Shown piece by piece: positions 52,901-64,000 of a DNA stretch of 64,000 nt; position 1 is the first letter of the stretch; each line of letters begins with the position of its first letter. A program made the translations under genes and the position numbers. The DNA comes from Vicugna vicugna (lineage: Eukaryota), in NCBI GenBank assembly GCA_013265495.1, contig MU058337.1, positions 4,940,716 to 5,004,715 of the forward strand, in the 5' to 3' direction. The notes under the pieces are model-generated. The model was not told where the DNA came from, made no database searches, and saw only the letters and a program-made list of their open reading frames with translations.

Positions 52901-53849
52901 AATTATTTTATCCTATTTAATGTGTATGTAACAATCAAGGGGAATTTCTGCATATTCAAATTGCCAGCATGAATAAAATGTTAGTATTTTCTTTGGAAAA
53001 GATATTGAAAAAAATTAAGGGGAGAAACACATACTTAGTTCAGCTCTGCTCCCTTCAAGCTTAAAATGGGGCAGATAATAAGGTTCTAGTTCACTTCCAT
53101 TTTCCTTCTTGCTAAGACTCAGATAAGGCTGCTATCATACACTTAGTCTCTACTCAAATTTCTACTATTATATCTTTCATTAATGATTCTCCAGGTGTTG
53201 ATAAATTTTCAAAATGATAATATTCATAGGAGAAATAAGCATTACTTCAGATCATATATGTCTAGCTGGTTCTTCTTTGACCATATAGTTTATTTTTAGT
53301 ATTCTTATTTTAATCTTTTATTTGGTCTTAGGTATCATGATAGCACTACTAACGAATTGTGTGCCTTGGCAAATTAACGAGACACAACTCCTACTAGATC
53401 AAGCTGCTGTCTGCAGAGTTGTGAGGGAGCAGCACTGAACACTATAGGGAAATGTTGGAAATACGCACACGCTTGCACGCTGACCAGATTGTTGGCACGT
53501 TGACCAGACACATCCACTATTCGTGCTATTTTATAATTATACAGTGACCTCTGCCACCAGCATCGCCCCAGTGAGGGGCAGTCAGGACTGTTTGCCCTGG
53601 AATTCAAAGCTTTCTTCCAACCTAAACTATGAAGTCTTCCTGATCTATTGCCCCTACCCACACCATATCCCCAGACAAGAGAGATTTCTTTTTCTCTTCT
53701 TTGAACATCCATAATATGTTATTTGTACCTCCTTGATGGCTCTAATGCCATTTTCCTTTGCTTAGAGACATTTGTTTATAAGCCTCAGATGTTCTCAAGT
53801 TATATTTTTATTTTTTAAATTTTTTTCACAGGCTCACTGTCCTCATTTC

Positions 53850-54223
53850 TTTTTTTATTGAAGTATAGTTAATTTACAGTGTTTTGTTAGTTTCTGGTGT
53901 ACAGCTAAGTGATTCAGTTATACACATATATATGTGTATATATATTCTTTTTTAGATTCTTCTCTATTATGACTTATTACAAGATACTGAATATAATGAA
54001 TATAATTCCCTCTGCTGTACAATAGGACTTCGTTGTTTATCTATTTTACATATAGTAGTTTGTATCTGCTTATCCCGAACTCCTAATTTATGCCCCCCAA
54101 CTCCTTTCCTCTTTGGTAACCATAGTTTGTTTTCTGTGTCTGTGAGTCTGTTTCTGTTCTGTAAATAAGTTCATTTGTAGCATTCTTTAAATTTCCTGTA
54201 TAAAAGATATCATATGATATTTG
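53850..54223 (-). mobile_element. Artiodactyl-type L1 3'UTR fragment
   Basis: tttttttattgaagtatagttaatttaca...ctctttggtaaccat.agtttgttttct.tgtctgtgagtctgtttctg...gatatcatatgatatttg, an antisense L1 3' end with poly-T. Confidence 0.88.
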
Positions 54224-56921
54224 AGTCACTTTTTTTCTTTCTCATCCTTCATTGCTTTTCTGCCTTTCTCAGCATGCCTGCACTGCCCTGTCTCTGTATT
54301 GTGACCTTCACTCCTAACTCCAAATCATAATTAATTTCTGCCACTGGATATTTTCAAGTGAATCGTTCACATGTAACTCAGTAAATGACCACTCTGAAGT
54401 CTGTTCCTTCCCTTGCCGGCAGCACCTCTCCTGATCCAGCTGTTAATAGCTAGAGGAATTGCTCCCCGAGTTTTGCTATCAGATCGGAGCTGTTATTTGT
54501 TGTTTTGCAAGTTATGTGCACATAAAGACTTATTAAGCAAAACACTCAAGGTCTTGAATTAGAAATGCTTTCAACAGGCAACAGTTTATGAAAGCTGTTG
54601 CGATGGTTGTTGAAAAGTCCAACACATGTCTAAATTTCCGGTGACATTAAATTTTTAAAGAAATTTTGCTTTCACCAGTTAAAGTTGTGTTAGCTGCAGT
54701 TCCCACAGCAATTTTTCTTATCTCATATATTTAAAAAATCACTAAACCCTAAAACATTATATTTATTACTGCATAAGGAATTTCTTTGTAAATTCTTTTT
54801 CTGGACTGTCTTCTGTATTGCTGCCATTACATGACATTTACAAAATACTAGCAGATGTGTGGTGACAAGGACCTTATAAGACAAGTCCTTCCAGGCTGAG
54901 AGTTCACATTTTAGGTAGATCATGGAGATTTTCCATTATTCTACCAAATACTAGAGAACATTAGCTCAAAACGAAGATTTTCTTGATCTGAATCCATTCC
55001 TGTAAATTTCTACAGCGTCAGAGGAAGTGGGACTGCTGGTCTCTGGCACTCACAGTACAGTCTTTCAGCTTTCCAACATTGTAACTCTGTGCTCTGAGTT
55101 AATCGCTTTTAATTTGCCAAGGTATGTTCAAGAATGCACGTGCACCTCCATGGGAACGTCTCCCGAGCAAATAGTTGCATGTGATTTAGGGGAAGTATTT
55201 TCTTTCTAAAACAAAAGTCTGTAAGGATATACATTGAGAATGATGTAATGATTAAATGTTGTCACTTAATGTTTGGGAATTATAAAAGGGGAGAAGCATA
55301 ACTGTGCAGCCTACGCTAAGCCCAGAGCACTATGTGTTGTCAAATGGACACTTCTGTTCCTCTGTAGAGCAAAGAATGAAAATCACAGGTACCTCGGCCA
55401 CACTGTAAGCGATGAGAGCTGTGACATATGTTGAATAAAAGGCTTAGAGCCCATAAATATGTGGTTATAATGATAAAGGAGCTTTAAGTGTTTGCTTTTT
55501 ATTCACCAGATCTCCAAAGCAAAATAGTGTCCGTGGAAGGTGACATTCTCATGCACAGTCTTCATGCCAATTTCAAAGAATGATGTCCTTTAGTGAGGAT
55601 GAGAGTGCAGGGAACACAGCATTTTGGGACAGCGAGTCTGTGTATGGGTGACATAATGTCAAAAATCACCAGTTAACAATCACTAGTCTTGCTGTGTATC
55701 TGGCTTTCCTAGTTTTAGTAAATGTCTGTAATTGGCAGCAATGCAGGGATCTTCCTTCTGTGACTTATTTGTTATGGTTTTAGGATGTTTTATTTTAATG
55801 GCTTCAATTTGCATCCTGATGTTTGTGGTAATAGTGAGGCTTAGAAGACACACAGAAGTATTTTTGTGGTTGAAAGAGCTTAAACCTTTGAAACTCACTC
55901 TGTCTCTTTACACTCATGTAATTTAAATTATGTTCCTATCTTGTCCATAGCAGACCTTTGCGATAGGACAGTATAGGTTAATTTTGTAAATCTCATATTA
56001 GGGTCCTTTCATCTTATAAAAATTTAAAATTAGATATAGATATAGATAACTGACATTTATTTTTATGTCCCATATTGTTACTGGAAGTCTTATGGAATTT
56101 CAGAGAGCTCTTTTTTACATGAAATGTACTTTCTTCAATATCCCCCTTTTTCCACCTCCCACTCTCCAAGCCACTGGTCATTTGCTCCTTCATGAAAACT
56201 TCCACTCATTAGTCATAGATTGGACAAGGGTCACCTTCACTGATCCTCCATTCAGTCATTATTTCTTCCCTCCTCCCTTATGTCTAGATAAGTAATCCTT
56301 TTCTTCCTTATGATATTTCATCATAGGTTTTTGCTGACAGTGCCATCTCCTCCTCCAACTAGAGTTGGACTACTTAAGTATCTAAATACTTAAGTGTGTA
56401 TTATTTGGCTGTGTGAATAATATCACATTACACATAACTTAAGCAAAGTCCCCCATAGACGTGATGTCAAGCAGGTACCGAGAGCAAGCATACGGCAGAG
56501 ACACTGGTCTGTTTTCCTTCTATCGGATTCAGCTCCAGGAACTCTCATAAGGATCTACACAGTGACTATAATTCACTATACAACACACGTACCAGTATGA
56601 GACTGTAGTAGACATTGGCTCCTAAATGCAAGCCTCCTGGTACACAGTGAGGAGGGGGGCAGAATGACTGGTTTTAATGCTGGAGAAAAAACTGGCTCTG
56701 TTGAACCTATTGAAATGATACATTAATCTCCCAAAGTGTTCTAGCCCTAAGATGTGCTCAAGAATAAATTTAGCTAAATTTAATGTCTGCCTTGCTTGCT
56801 AATTTCACCCCTAGTTCTAGACTCAGCTCTACTGTACACCCAGCATGTCACAGGTGCATGACACATATTTATTGTTGAAAGCCTCAATTCTGTGCATGTC
56901 TCCTAGTGGAAGAACAGTCAC

Positions 56922-57056
56922 TGGGATGACCGTCTGTCTGAGTTTGGCCCCAGGCAATTTCAGTTCACACAGGTTGTGCTGGTATCAACATTAAGACTGC
57001 CCTCTTTCATTCTTAAAGTTTTCCAAGTCTGGAGGATACATTATATGGTCACCATA
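56922..57056. mobile_element. MER94-like hAT DNA transposon (about 135 bp)
   Basis: Terminal inverted repeats tgggatgacc...ggtcaccata. Internal ccctctttcattcttaaagttttccaagtctggaggatacattatatggtcacc fits the MER94 3' half as I recall it. Confidence 0.75.
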
Positions 57057-58685
57057 AGTATAATGATATTTGAAATGGTTTTTTTTAATTTGAGCGTTGG
57101 CATGCATGATGTGGAAATGAACAATGCTGCAGTCCAAAGACGCAACTGAGCTAAGACTTGCTTGACGACGCTCATTGCTCTTCAAGCCACACCTGCCTAC
57201 CTGACCTCTGTTCTCTCTGCTCAACTCTCTCCTTCTCCTTACATGGTGCAGAGATGAACAACATTACTTTTCACATGAAACAATACTTTCTTACAGCTCT
57301 TTTCTTTCCGCAGAGCGCTTTAAACATCTCCTTCAGTCATTCAGTAGCATTTATCCTTTGGCTTCTTGAAAATGTGCTGGCGTTTATTCACCCATCCTTT
57401 CTTCTGAGTCTGGATTTGACTTACGGAAGTTATCAGTATTCCTGCCCGCTGGGGTCCCATGTCCGGGAGCATCTTTATTGCTCCATTTATCATTTGTAAA
57501 AGTAATATTTCATGTCATGGTGGGAACATTGACAAGTGAAGCTTAACCTTATAAAAGGAATTGCAAATGTGCTGATGAAAGAAGGAAGGAAAGGGCCAGA
57601 TTCGTCATGAAGATGAAGAGAGTAGAGAGAGAGAAGAGACACCAGGGTGAAAGGAGGGTGCCCGAACAGCCACCCCTGCATGTTGTCTAGGGGCAGAGGG
57701 GACACTGGAAGAGGGGCAGGAGGATTTGGCACCCTATAGAGCTTAACTGCTTTTTTCCAATGACTTTGCATGCAAGGTTCCTCAGAAAAGGGGAGATACC
57801 ATCCTCAAACTACACCAGAAGAGCAGTAAACTCTATAGCCGAGTTATCATAAGCAGACCGTAATGTTAACAAAGAAATCTTGATGTATTAAAAAATGAAT
57901 GTATATTTAATCATATGCATACTCAGTAATCAGGTGGTTCCCACCAATGACTATAGTAAGTATTTTCGTAGTCTGCTGTAGAAAAGGTGGCAGGTTCAGA
58001 GGAGACCCGGAAGAAGCAGAAATTCTTGCTTTTGTGACTTGGGGGCACTAGACAATCAAAATATCTGCTGGTCCAACGCAGGGTCTGGGGTGTGACTCGC
58101 AGAGAGTTGACAAAAGTGACAGCTTGTGTGTTCTACAAGAAGAGGAGTCATGGAAACACAGCCACCGTGCAACTGCCATTGGGTCACCATTGATCTCCCG
58201 GCTGCTAACTCTAGGAACACTCTGCCATTCCAATGTCAGTAAATGCTGGCCACTGCTTTCTCTCTTGGACCCTTGTCTTGCTACTAGTCTCGAGTTTCAT
58301 GATTACAGGGGAAGAGGCTCAATTTGTTTGGATTTAACATGATGAGATTTTTGCATTGTGTATGCCGGAAAGGTAAGTAGTATGTGTGCTTAATAATAAA
58401 TTTTGTTGGAAAACAAATCTATTTGCTAAAATCTAACTTAAACTGGAAAAGAAAATTCCGTACATATTTTTGATTTCTTAAAACTAGAATGAGAGTATAA
58501 CAGATGATCTGAGTTCAATCGGTGGCCCTTGTGGGTATTTCCTGGTAAAGCACTAGGCACTTAGGCCACGCACACAGTGTATTCTGCAAAACCGTGCAAA
58601 GGGGCAAAACAGTAAAATAAGCAATGTTAGTGTCCTTTTAATTGTGTACTCCACATAAGATTATTTTTAAAATCAAAGGGTAACT

Positions 58686-58841
58686 TTTTTTGTTTTTACA
58701 ATTTCACATTTTATTTTTATTTATTTGTTTATTTTTTTGGAGAAGATAATTAGGTTTTTATGTATTTATTTTTAATGGTGGTACTGGAGATTGAACACAG
58801 GATGCTAGGCATGCACTCTACCTCTGAGCTATACCCTCCCC
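58686..58841 (-). mobile_element. Camelid vic-1-type SINE with a short internal deletion
   Basis: Reverse complement reads GGGGAGGGTATAGCTCAGAGGTAGAGTGCATGCCTAGCATCCTGTGTTCAATCTCCAGTACC. Perfect 13-bp TSD tcaaagggtaact (58673-58685 / 58842-58854). Confidence 0.92.
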
Positions 58842-60801
58842 TCAAAGGGTAACTATTTCTGATGGCAGAAATACCAAATACCAGTGGGGTGCAGTGTTTC
58901 TATATGTTATTTGGGCTTCCTGATTTCATAGTGTCAGTACTGGAAAATTTAATTAATCCCCGATACTTAACCCGGTAGGACTTTTCCACTTGAGATCCAC
59001 ACTTGAAATCGTAAACAGTCCCACACTTGAAAGTGTGAACTTTTTACTACACGGAAGTCTAGGTGATAATTGCCCTGTTAATAATATATTTGAATCAATC
59101 CATATTTTAATAAGAGATAAAAAATTGAAAACTACTAAAGTATGGTTAGAATATTTATTAAAAGCGCATATCCTTGATTGTTTTTGGATAAAGATGGGTT
59201 CAAATAGTTAAGACTATGACAACAGAAGTGTATAAGGCATTTTAGAGAAAAATGGTGTGTTGTGTATATGTTACTACCTGTGTATTTTTCAAACAATATT
59301 TATTTGGTTGTTACACATGTACAAAACACAGCATTTGCTACTTTATGTGAACGTCTTAAATACAGGTGGCAGATTCTTTGACTTTAAATGCATGATCTCT
59401 TTCAGTATTATTTCAGTAATATCCTGTGCATCTTTTACCATCAGTTTACAAATGTGCATCTTCATTTACGTAATGGAGTTGGCCAACTTACTAGAAAGTG
59501 TATCATTACACTAGTGGATTAGGAGAGTTGTTATACCTCACTGAAAAGACATCATAAATGTTTTTAAATTGTGAGGGAAATAAAATAATTGACAGTTATG
59601 ACACCTATTTTAAGTAATTGAGAAATAAGGAAAAATTGCCTTCAAGCAATAAAATAAGATATAAGAAATTAGGAATTGCTTCTCTATAATGTGTTTTAAA
59701 TTTTATGTGTATAAAATGACTGTATTAATTTTTGTGGATGGAAAAGAATAGACTAGAGAAACTGCAAATCATTCCATAATTTAAAACAAATTTAGAATCC
59801 TTATTAAATAGAATCAATATTTCTTTTGTGAAATCAGATTCAAAATATGAATGGCAAACCACCTTACCTTGGAGTTAATTGAACTGGTATTTACATTTTA
59901 GGACAATTGGTTTTCATTTGCCGAGAAGAGACTGAGTCTCAGTTTTCCTTCAATGACGTCTTCCTTGGGCATTGAATCATAAGTGTGTATACAGGCTGCC
60001 AGCATTAAGGGGACACAAACATATCAGCCATTATTCCCGAGTAGAACTGATTTTATTTGCTCCCAGTTCTGTCCAGGACGTTAGGTTCTTGTCTTACTTA
60101 GTTAGACAAAAACATCTCTAGAGTGAAGAACTATCTGTTAGGATTTCCAAGCTGAGAACAAACATTACATTCTTTTCATTTTGGGTCTGTACACATGGAG
60201 CAACATTTTTAATCATGTGCCGTTTACCTGGGGCTTTCTTCAATATTCCATGAACTGTAATCCAGTAAAATAATAAAAGAGAGCAAATGAGAAAACACAG
60301 TAGACAAAACCTAGATAAAACTTTATATTCAAATTATGTGTTTTTGAGATGATTCTGAGCTCATCTGTCAGTTTGTTGTGGCCTTTATTAAGCTGGAAGC
60401 ACTGAGAGTTGAATTTTACTTTAATTTTACCTTTTTTATGAGTTATAATTTTATCTTTCTCTTTATTTCTAAATATCCACTTCACATATTGAATTTTTAT
60501 TTTCTTTAAAGTCAAAAGCCAAGGCTCCTCTCAGAATCACATTTATACTATATGGGCTACAAATTAAATTTCACATAGTGTTTCATGAGCCATTATTGCT
60601 AGAACGAACCAGAGAGAACCTAGCTTTGCATTCAATTTAAAGTTCATTAAAAAGCCTTTGCAATCCTAAATTAGCAATTGTAGATTTCATCAGACACTGC
60701 ACAGTGCAGAGCAATAGAGAGGTGTTAACATTTTTTAGGTTCTATTCATTAATAGATACACACCATTATCAGTATGATCATATCTTTCATGTTATTGTAA
60801 A

Positions 60802-60915
60802 GCAGTGGATTTCAGACTTGGCTACACATTAGACAACTTTTAAAATATATTCATTCCTGGCTGCATCACCTGAGAATATGATGCTATTGGTCTTAGAAGG
60901 GGTATGAACATTCGG
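60802..60915. mobile_element. MER5B-like fragment
   Basis: cagtggatttcagacttggctacacattaga...ttttaaaatat...cctggctgcatcacctgagaat. Confidence 0.55.
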
Positions 60916-61814
60916 GCTGATCATTTTGAAAGATCCCTTTTGAATGGCTATCTCAGGTTTCATCTGCCTGTGGCTCTAAATAGTAGACAAGTCAAAACAA
61001 ACAAGCAAACAAAAGACAAACAGAAAAAAGATTTGAAAACAATTGGAAAATATAAATTCTTGCCCCACTGATCATCCAGGCCCCTTGGAAATTTTACTTA
61101 GACATTCTTTGCTTATCAACTTTCTCGTTATTGGGGAGTGATAATCAGGTAAAAAATCATTTGTACTATCTGCAGTTTTCTCCTTCTGTATAACTGTTTT
61201 TACTGAATTGCTTGCATAGTTTAAACTAACTTTAAGCCAAAGGGTATTTATATGAGGACTTGACTTTTGGTCTACTTTGCACAGCCCCACAACTTCTTGC
61301 TATTAACTTCATAACCTTATAAGAACAGAAGTCATAAAAGTACACTTACCTTCCAAGGGTTCTTTTGAAGGGTATGTGATTACCAAGCAACCAAAATTCT
61401 CTGAATAAGCACTCATTAGTTCTATCAGCATTTCTGTTTCAAATATAAATTTTAAGCTGCAAATAGTGATTTCCAAGCACATTTTGGATTCAGGTTTCAG
61501 GGTGAATCACTGTGCCTGTAGCAAAATCTTTTCAGGGATGGAGCTGAGCATCCAGGAGAAATCAGGAATCACCGGGGAGCCTCTTAGGAAAAGTAGAACA
61601 TCACCGAACAGAACTCCCCGGAGCTGCAAAAAGTTGCACAACCTCTTTTATTTGGAATATGAACAGGGTTAAGATGAAATTCCTATTGAGGACAATAATA
61701 ATATATTTCAGAATAAATAGGTATAATTATATATAAAATTTTCTCATCTCTGTTCAAAATAAATACACTTAAATACTCATTTTGAGTTAATCCATGAGAA
61801 AGAAAATACTATGT

Positions 61815-62048
61815 GACTTCTACCCCTTGACATTCTGATTTAATTGTTCCGCATGCAGCCTGTTCATTGGGATCTTTAAAAGCAGCCCAGGTAATTCTTA
61901 TATACAGCAGCATTTGGGAAACAGTGCTTTAAATCTTACCCAGCCTGTTGAATCAGAATCTCCAGATGAGCGTGGGGTCTTGTAGTTTGCATTTTAAGAA
62001 GCACTTCAGGTGACATTTATACACACTAGAGTTTGATAACCATTGGTT
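61815..62048. mobile_element. Two adjacent MER5-family fragments
   Basis: ttctgatttaattg...cccaggtaattctt...tttgggaaacagtg, followed by tgaatcagaatctcca...tttgcattttaagaagcacttcaggtga...acactagagtttgataaccattg. Confidence 0.7.
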
Positions 62049-62384
62049 TTACGATGTGACATTTACTTCCAAGAAACTTGAGCTCTATTCTTAGACGATT
62101 CTGTCCTTGGCTTCCACGACTTGTGTATTAGGTGTAAATATTTACGGCACTGTTTTTTTCTTATTTAACCGCCATCCGTGTTTATTTGCCTTGTGTAGGC
62201 TCAGGCATAGAGTGGGCATTCTTCTTTCCGCTGACTCTCCATTGGGATTGAGGTGGTACGCCAGAGCAGAAGAGATGTGTAGTTTTGCATATGCTGCTAA
62301 ATAGCTCGGTGGCGTTTAATCAGTTTCTGAGGTGTAGGGGGTAAACTTCTTCAACTCTGTCTCCGAATGTCTCAGTTAAAGTGT

Positions 62385-62515
62385 GACAGTTACTATCTGT
62401 CGAGCCTCTGGTAGGTTTCTCAACTGAGCTTTCTTCTTATGTGAAATGGTCGTTTTTAATGCCCCTCTCTTAGGGCGGTGATTTGGATAAGGATAATACA
62501 CGCTAGTCCTGTGTA
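62385..62515 (+). mobile_element. MIR fragment
   Basis: ctgagctttcttcttatgtgaaatgg...cccctctcttagggcggtgatttggataaggataata. Confidence 0.5.
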
Positions 62516-63271
62516 ATTTGTGCTACGCGAAATTTGCTTTTTGTTTGTTTGCTTTGGTGAGGGTAGTGAGGACAATTTTTTTTAATCTTCGTTCATCCAC
62601 TTTTCTGCAAATTCAGTCATCTGAGTATTACAGTTGGGAAAATATTAGAAGCACCCAGTGCTTTAAAACAATAGCTATTAAAGTACATATTACTGGAAAA
62701 AAATGAATGGTTGACTTAATGGGGTAGTTGGGATTGTGTATTTCATATAGTATTGCTGTTGGCACTTTTGTTTTGGAGCATGTAAGGACGGCATATTCTG
62801 GTTGTTAATATACAATAAAGAGCAATACTGCTGATTTTCACCAAGAACACTGGCAGGCTATACCTGAACATTTCGCTACAAACTTTTCTGAAATGTGAAG
62901 TGGATCCCGGCATGAAACCTTAAAGATTTTATTGGTCCCACTGGCAGTAACTGAAAGCTATTCCTTAGATCTCGAATTACTTTGGTGGTTTGTAGTGTAC
63001 TCGTAGAGGCCGGCGTTGACTTTCACTGCATGGTTTTAATATGCAGTGTAATTTTTTATTGATAAAGAGTGTGAGCTCAGATGTTTTAACTTAGCTTAAA
63101 GTAACTGATGAACCAACAGTGTAAGATTTGTTGGCGTTTTATGGGTTCTTCTTGTGTAAATTTATGATTCCTTTGTTATAAAATGTATGAAAGTTCATAC
63201 AGTTTCCATAAATGCAACCCTGTCAGTATTTTATATAAGAGCTATTTGATATGTCTGATTTATTCAGTCAG

Positions 63272-63303
<32 letters not shown>
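63272..63303. repeat. (GATA)8 tetranucleotide repeat
   Basis: Perfect GATA run. Confidence 0.97.
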
Positions 63304-63304
<1 letters not shown>

Positions 63305-63924
63305 AGATGGAATAAACAGAGAGGGAACCTGGTTAACTGGTATAGAAATATTAACTTAGTTGATAATTAAAACTGAGATAAGATTATGAATGACCTGTAC
63401 TTGGGCAACCATAAGTATTCACAGGTTTTCCAGAATTGTTTTATTTTTGCAATGTGTGTACTTAGAATACAATAGCATGGTCCTGGCTTTAACAAATGAG
63501 AATGTAAAATAGGAGGTTGGTCGGACTGGGTGAGTATTTTGAGAATCACCTGTATTAAGATGAGAAGGAGAGAGACAGAGACAGTGACAGAGAGATGGAG
63601 AGAAGGAAAGAGGTTTTAAAATTTTCGATCAGTGGCAGCATGATTAGACTCAGTCCATTGTCTCCCTAAATGACTGCTTAGACATGCAACATTCATTTGA
63701 ACATAGTTTTAAAAAACAGTTTCATTAACTCAATACCAAAAAGAAAAAGGAAGAAAAAAATACAAAACCTTTCAGATATCTTCTATTTTATGGGAAGTTA
63801 AGCAAGTGAAAAGAAGTTCTGGCCTTTTTTGTGGAGTCAACATCAATGAAACATGTATTTCTGAAGATCAACACGTGCAATTTGCATTTTTAAATTCATG
63901 ACTTTATACAGAGAAATGTGCTCC

Positions 63925-64000
63925 CTCATTCATTCACCAAATATTTATTTATATTTTATGTATTTATGTTATTGCCATGTGTCAGGTACTATTCATGGCA
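63925..64000 (-). mobile_element. L2 3' end, truncated by the window edge
   Basis: tcattcattcaccaaatatttatt...ccatgtgtcaggtactattc. Confidence 0.65.

Larger units (their letters stand above)
37192..64000 (+). other. FGF14: 5' part of the large FGF14 intron 3
   Basis: Starts gtaagt. No exon 4 peptide (ELFTPECKFKESVFENYY...) recognised downstream in the window. Confidence 0.85.

Noticed and set aside
1..64000. Prokaryote-type systems (CRISPR arrays, operons, defence islands) or an intact retrovirus/transposase
   Set aside because: The sequence is mammalian intron. No repeat-spacer array, long ORF or intact gag/pol/transposase is visible.

Overview
Mammalian genomic DNA, AT-rich and repeat-dense, most likely from a camelid (camel/alpaca/llama), judged from three vic-1-type tRNA-derived SINEs. 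The window lies inside FGF14 (FHF4) on the + strand. It holds two coding exons: exon 2 (31047-31157, 111 nt, [37 protein letters not shown]) and exon 3 (37088-37191, 104 nt, [35 protein letters not shown]). The first exons and exons 4-5 are outside the window. The rest is intron, containing L1 fragments, an MLT1 solo LTR, MIR/L2, MER5/MER94 and microsatellites; repeat boundaries were read by eye and are approximate. The remaining ORF-track entries are spurious or L1 remnants. I found no convincing new biological system. The best leads are modest: GC3/CpG enrichment of exon 3, a second reading frame open through both exons, candidate internal promoter or first-exon elements, and several non-B-DNA or motif clusters.
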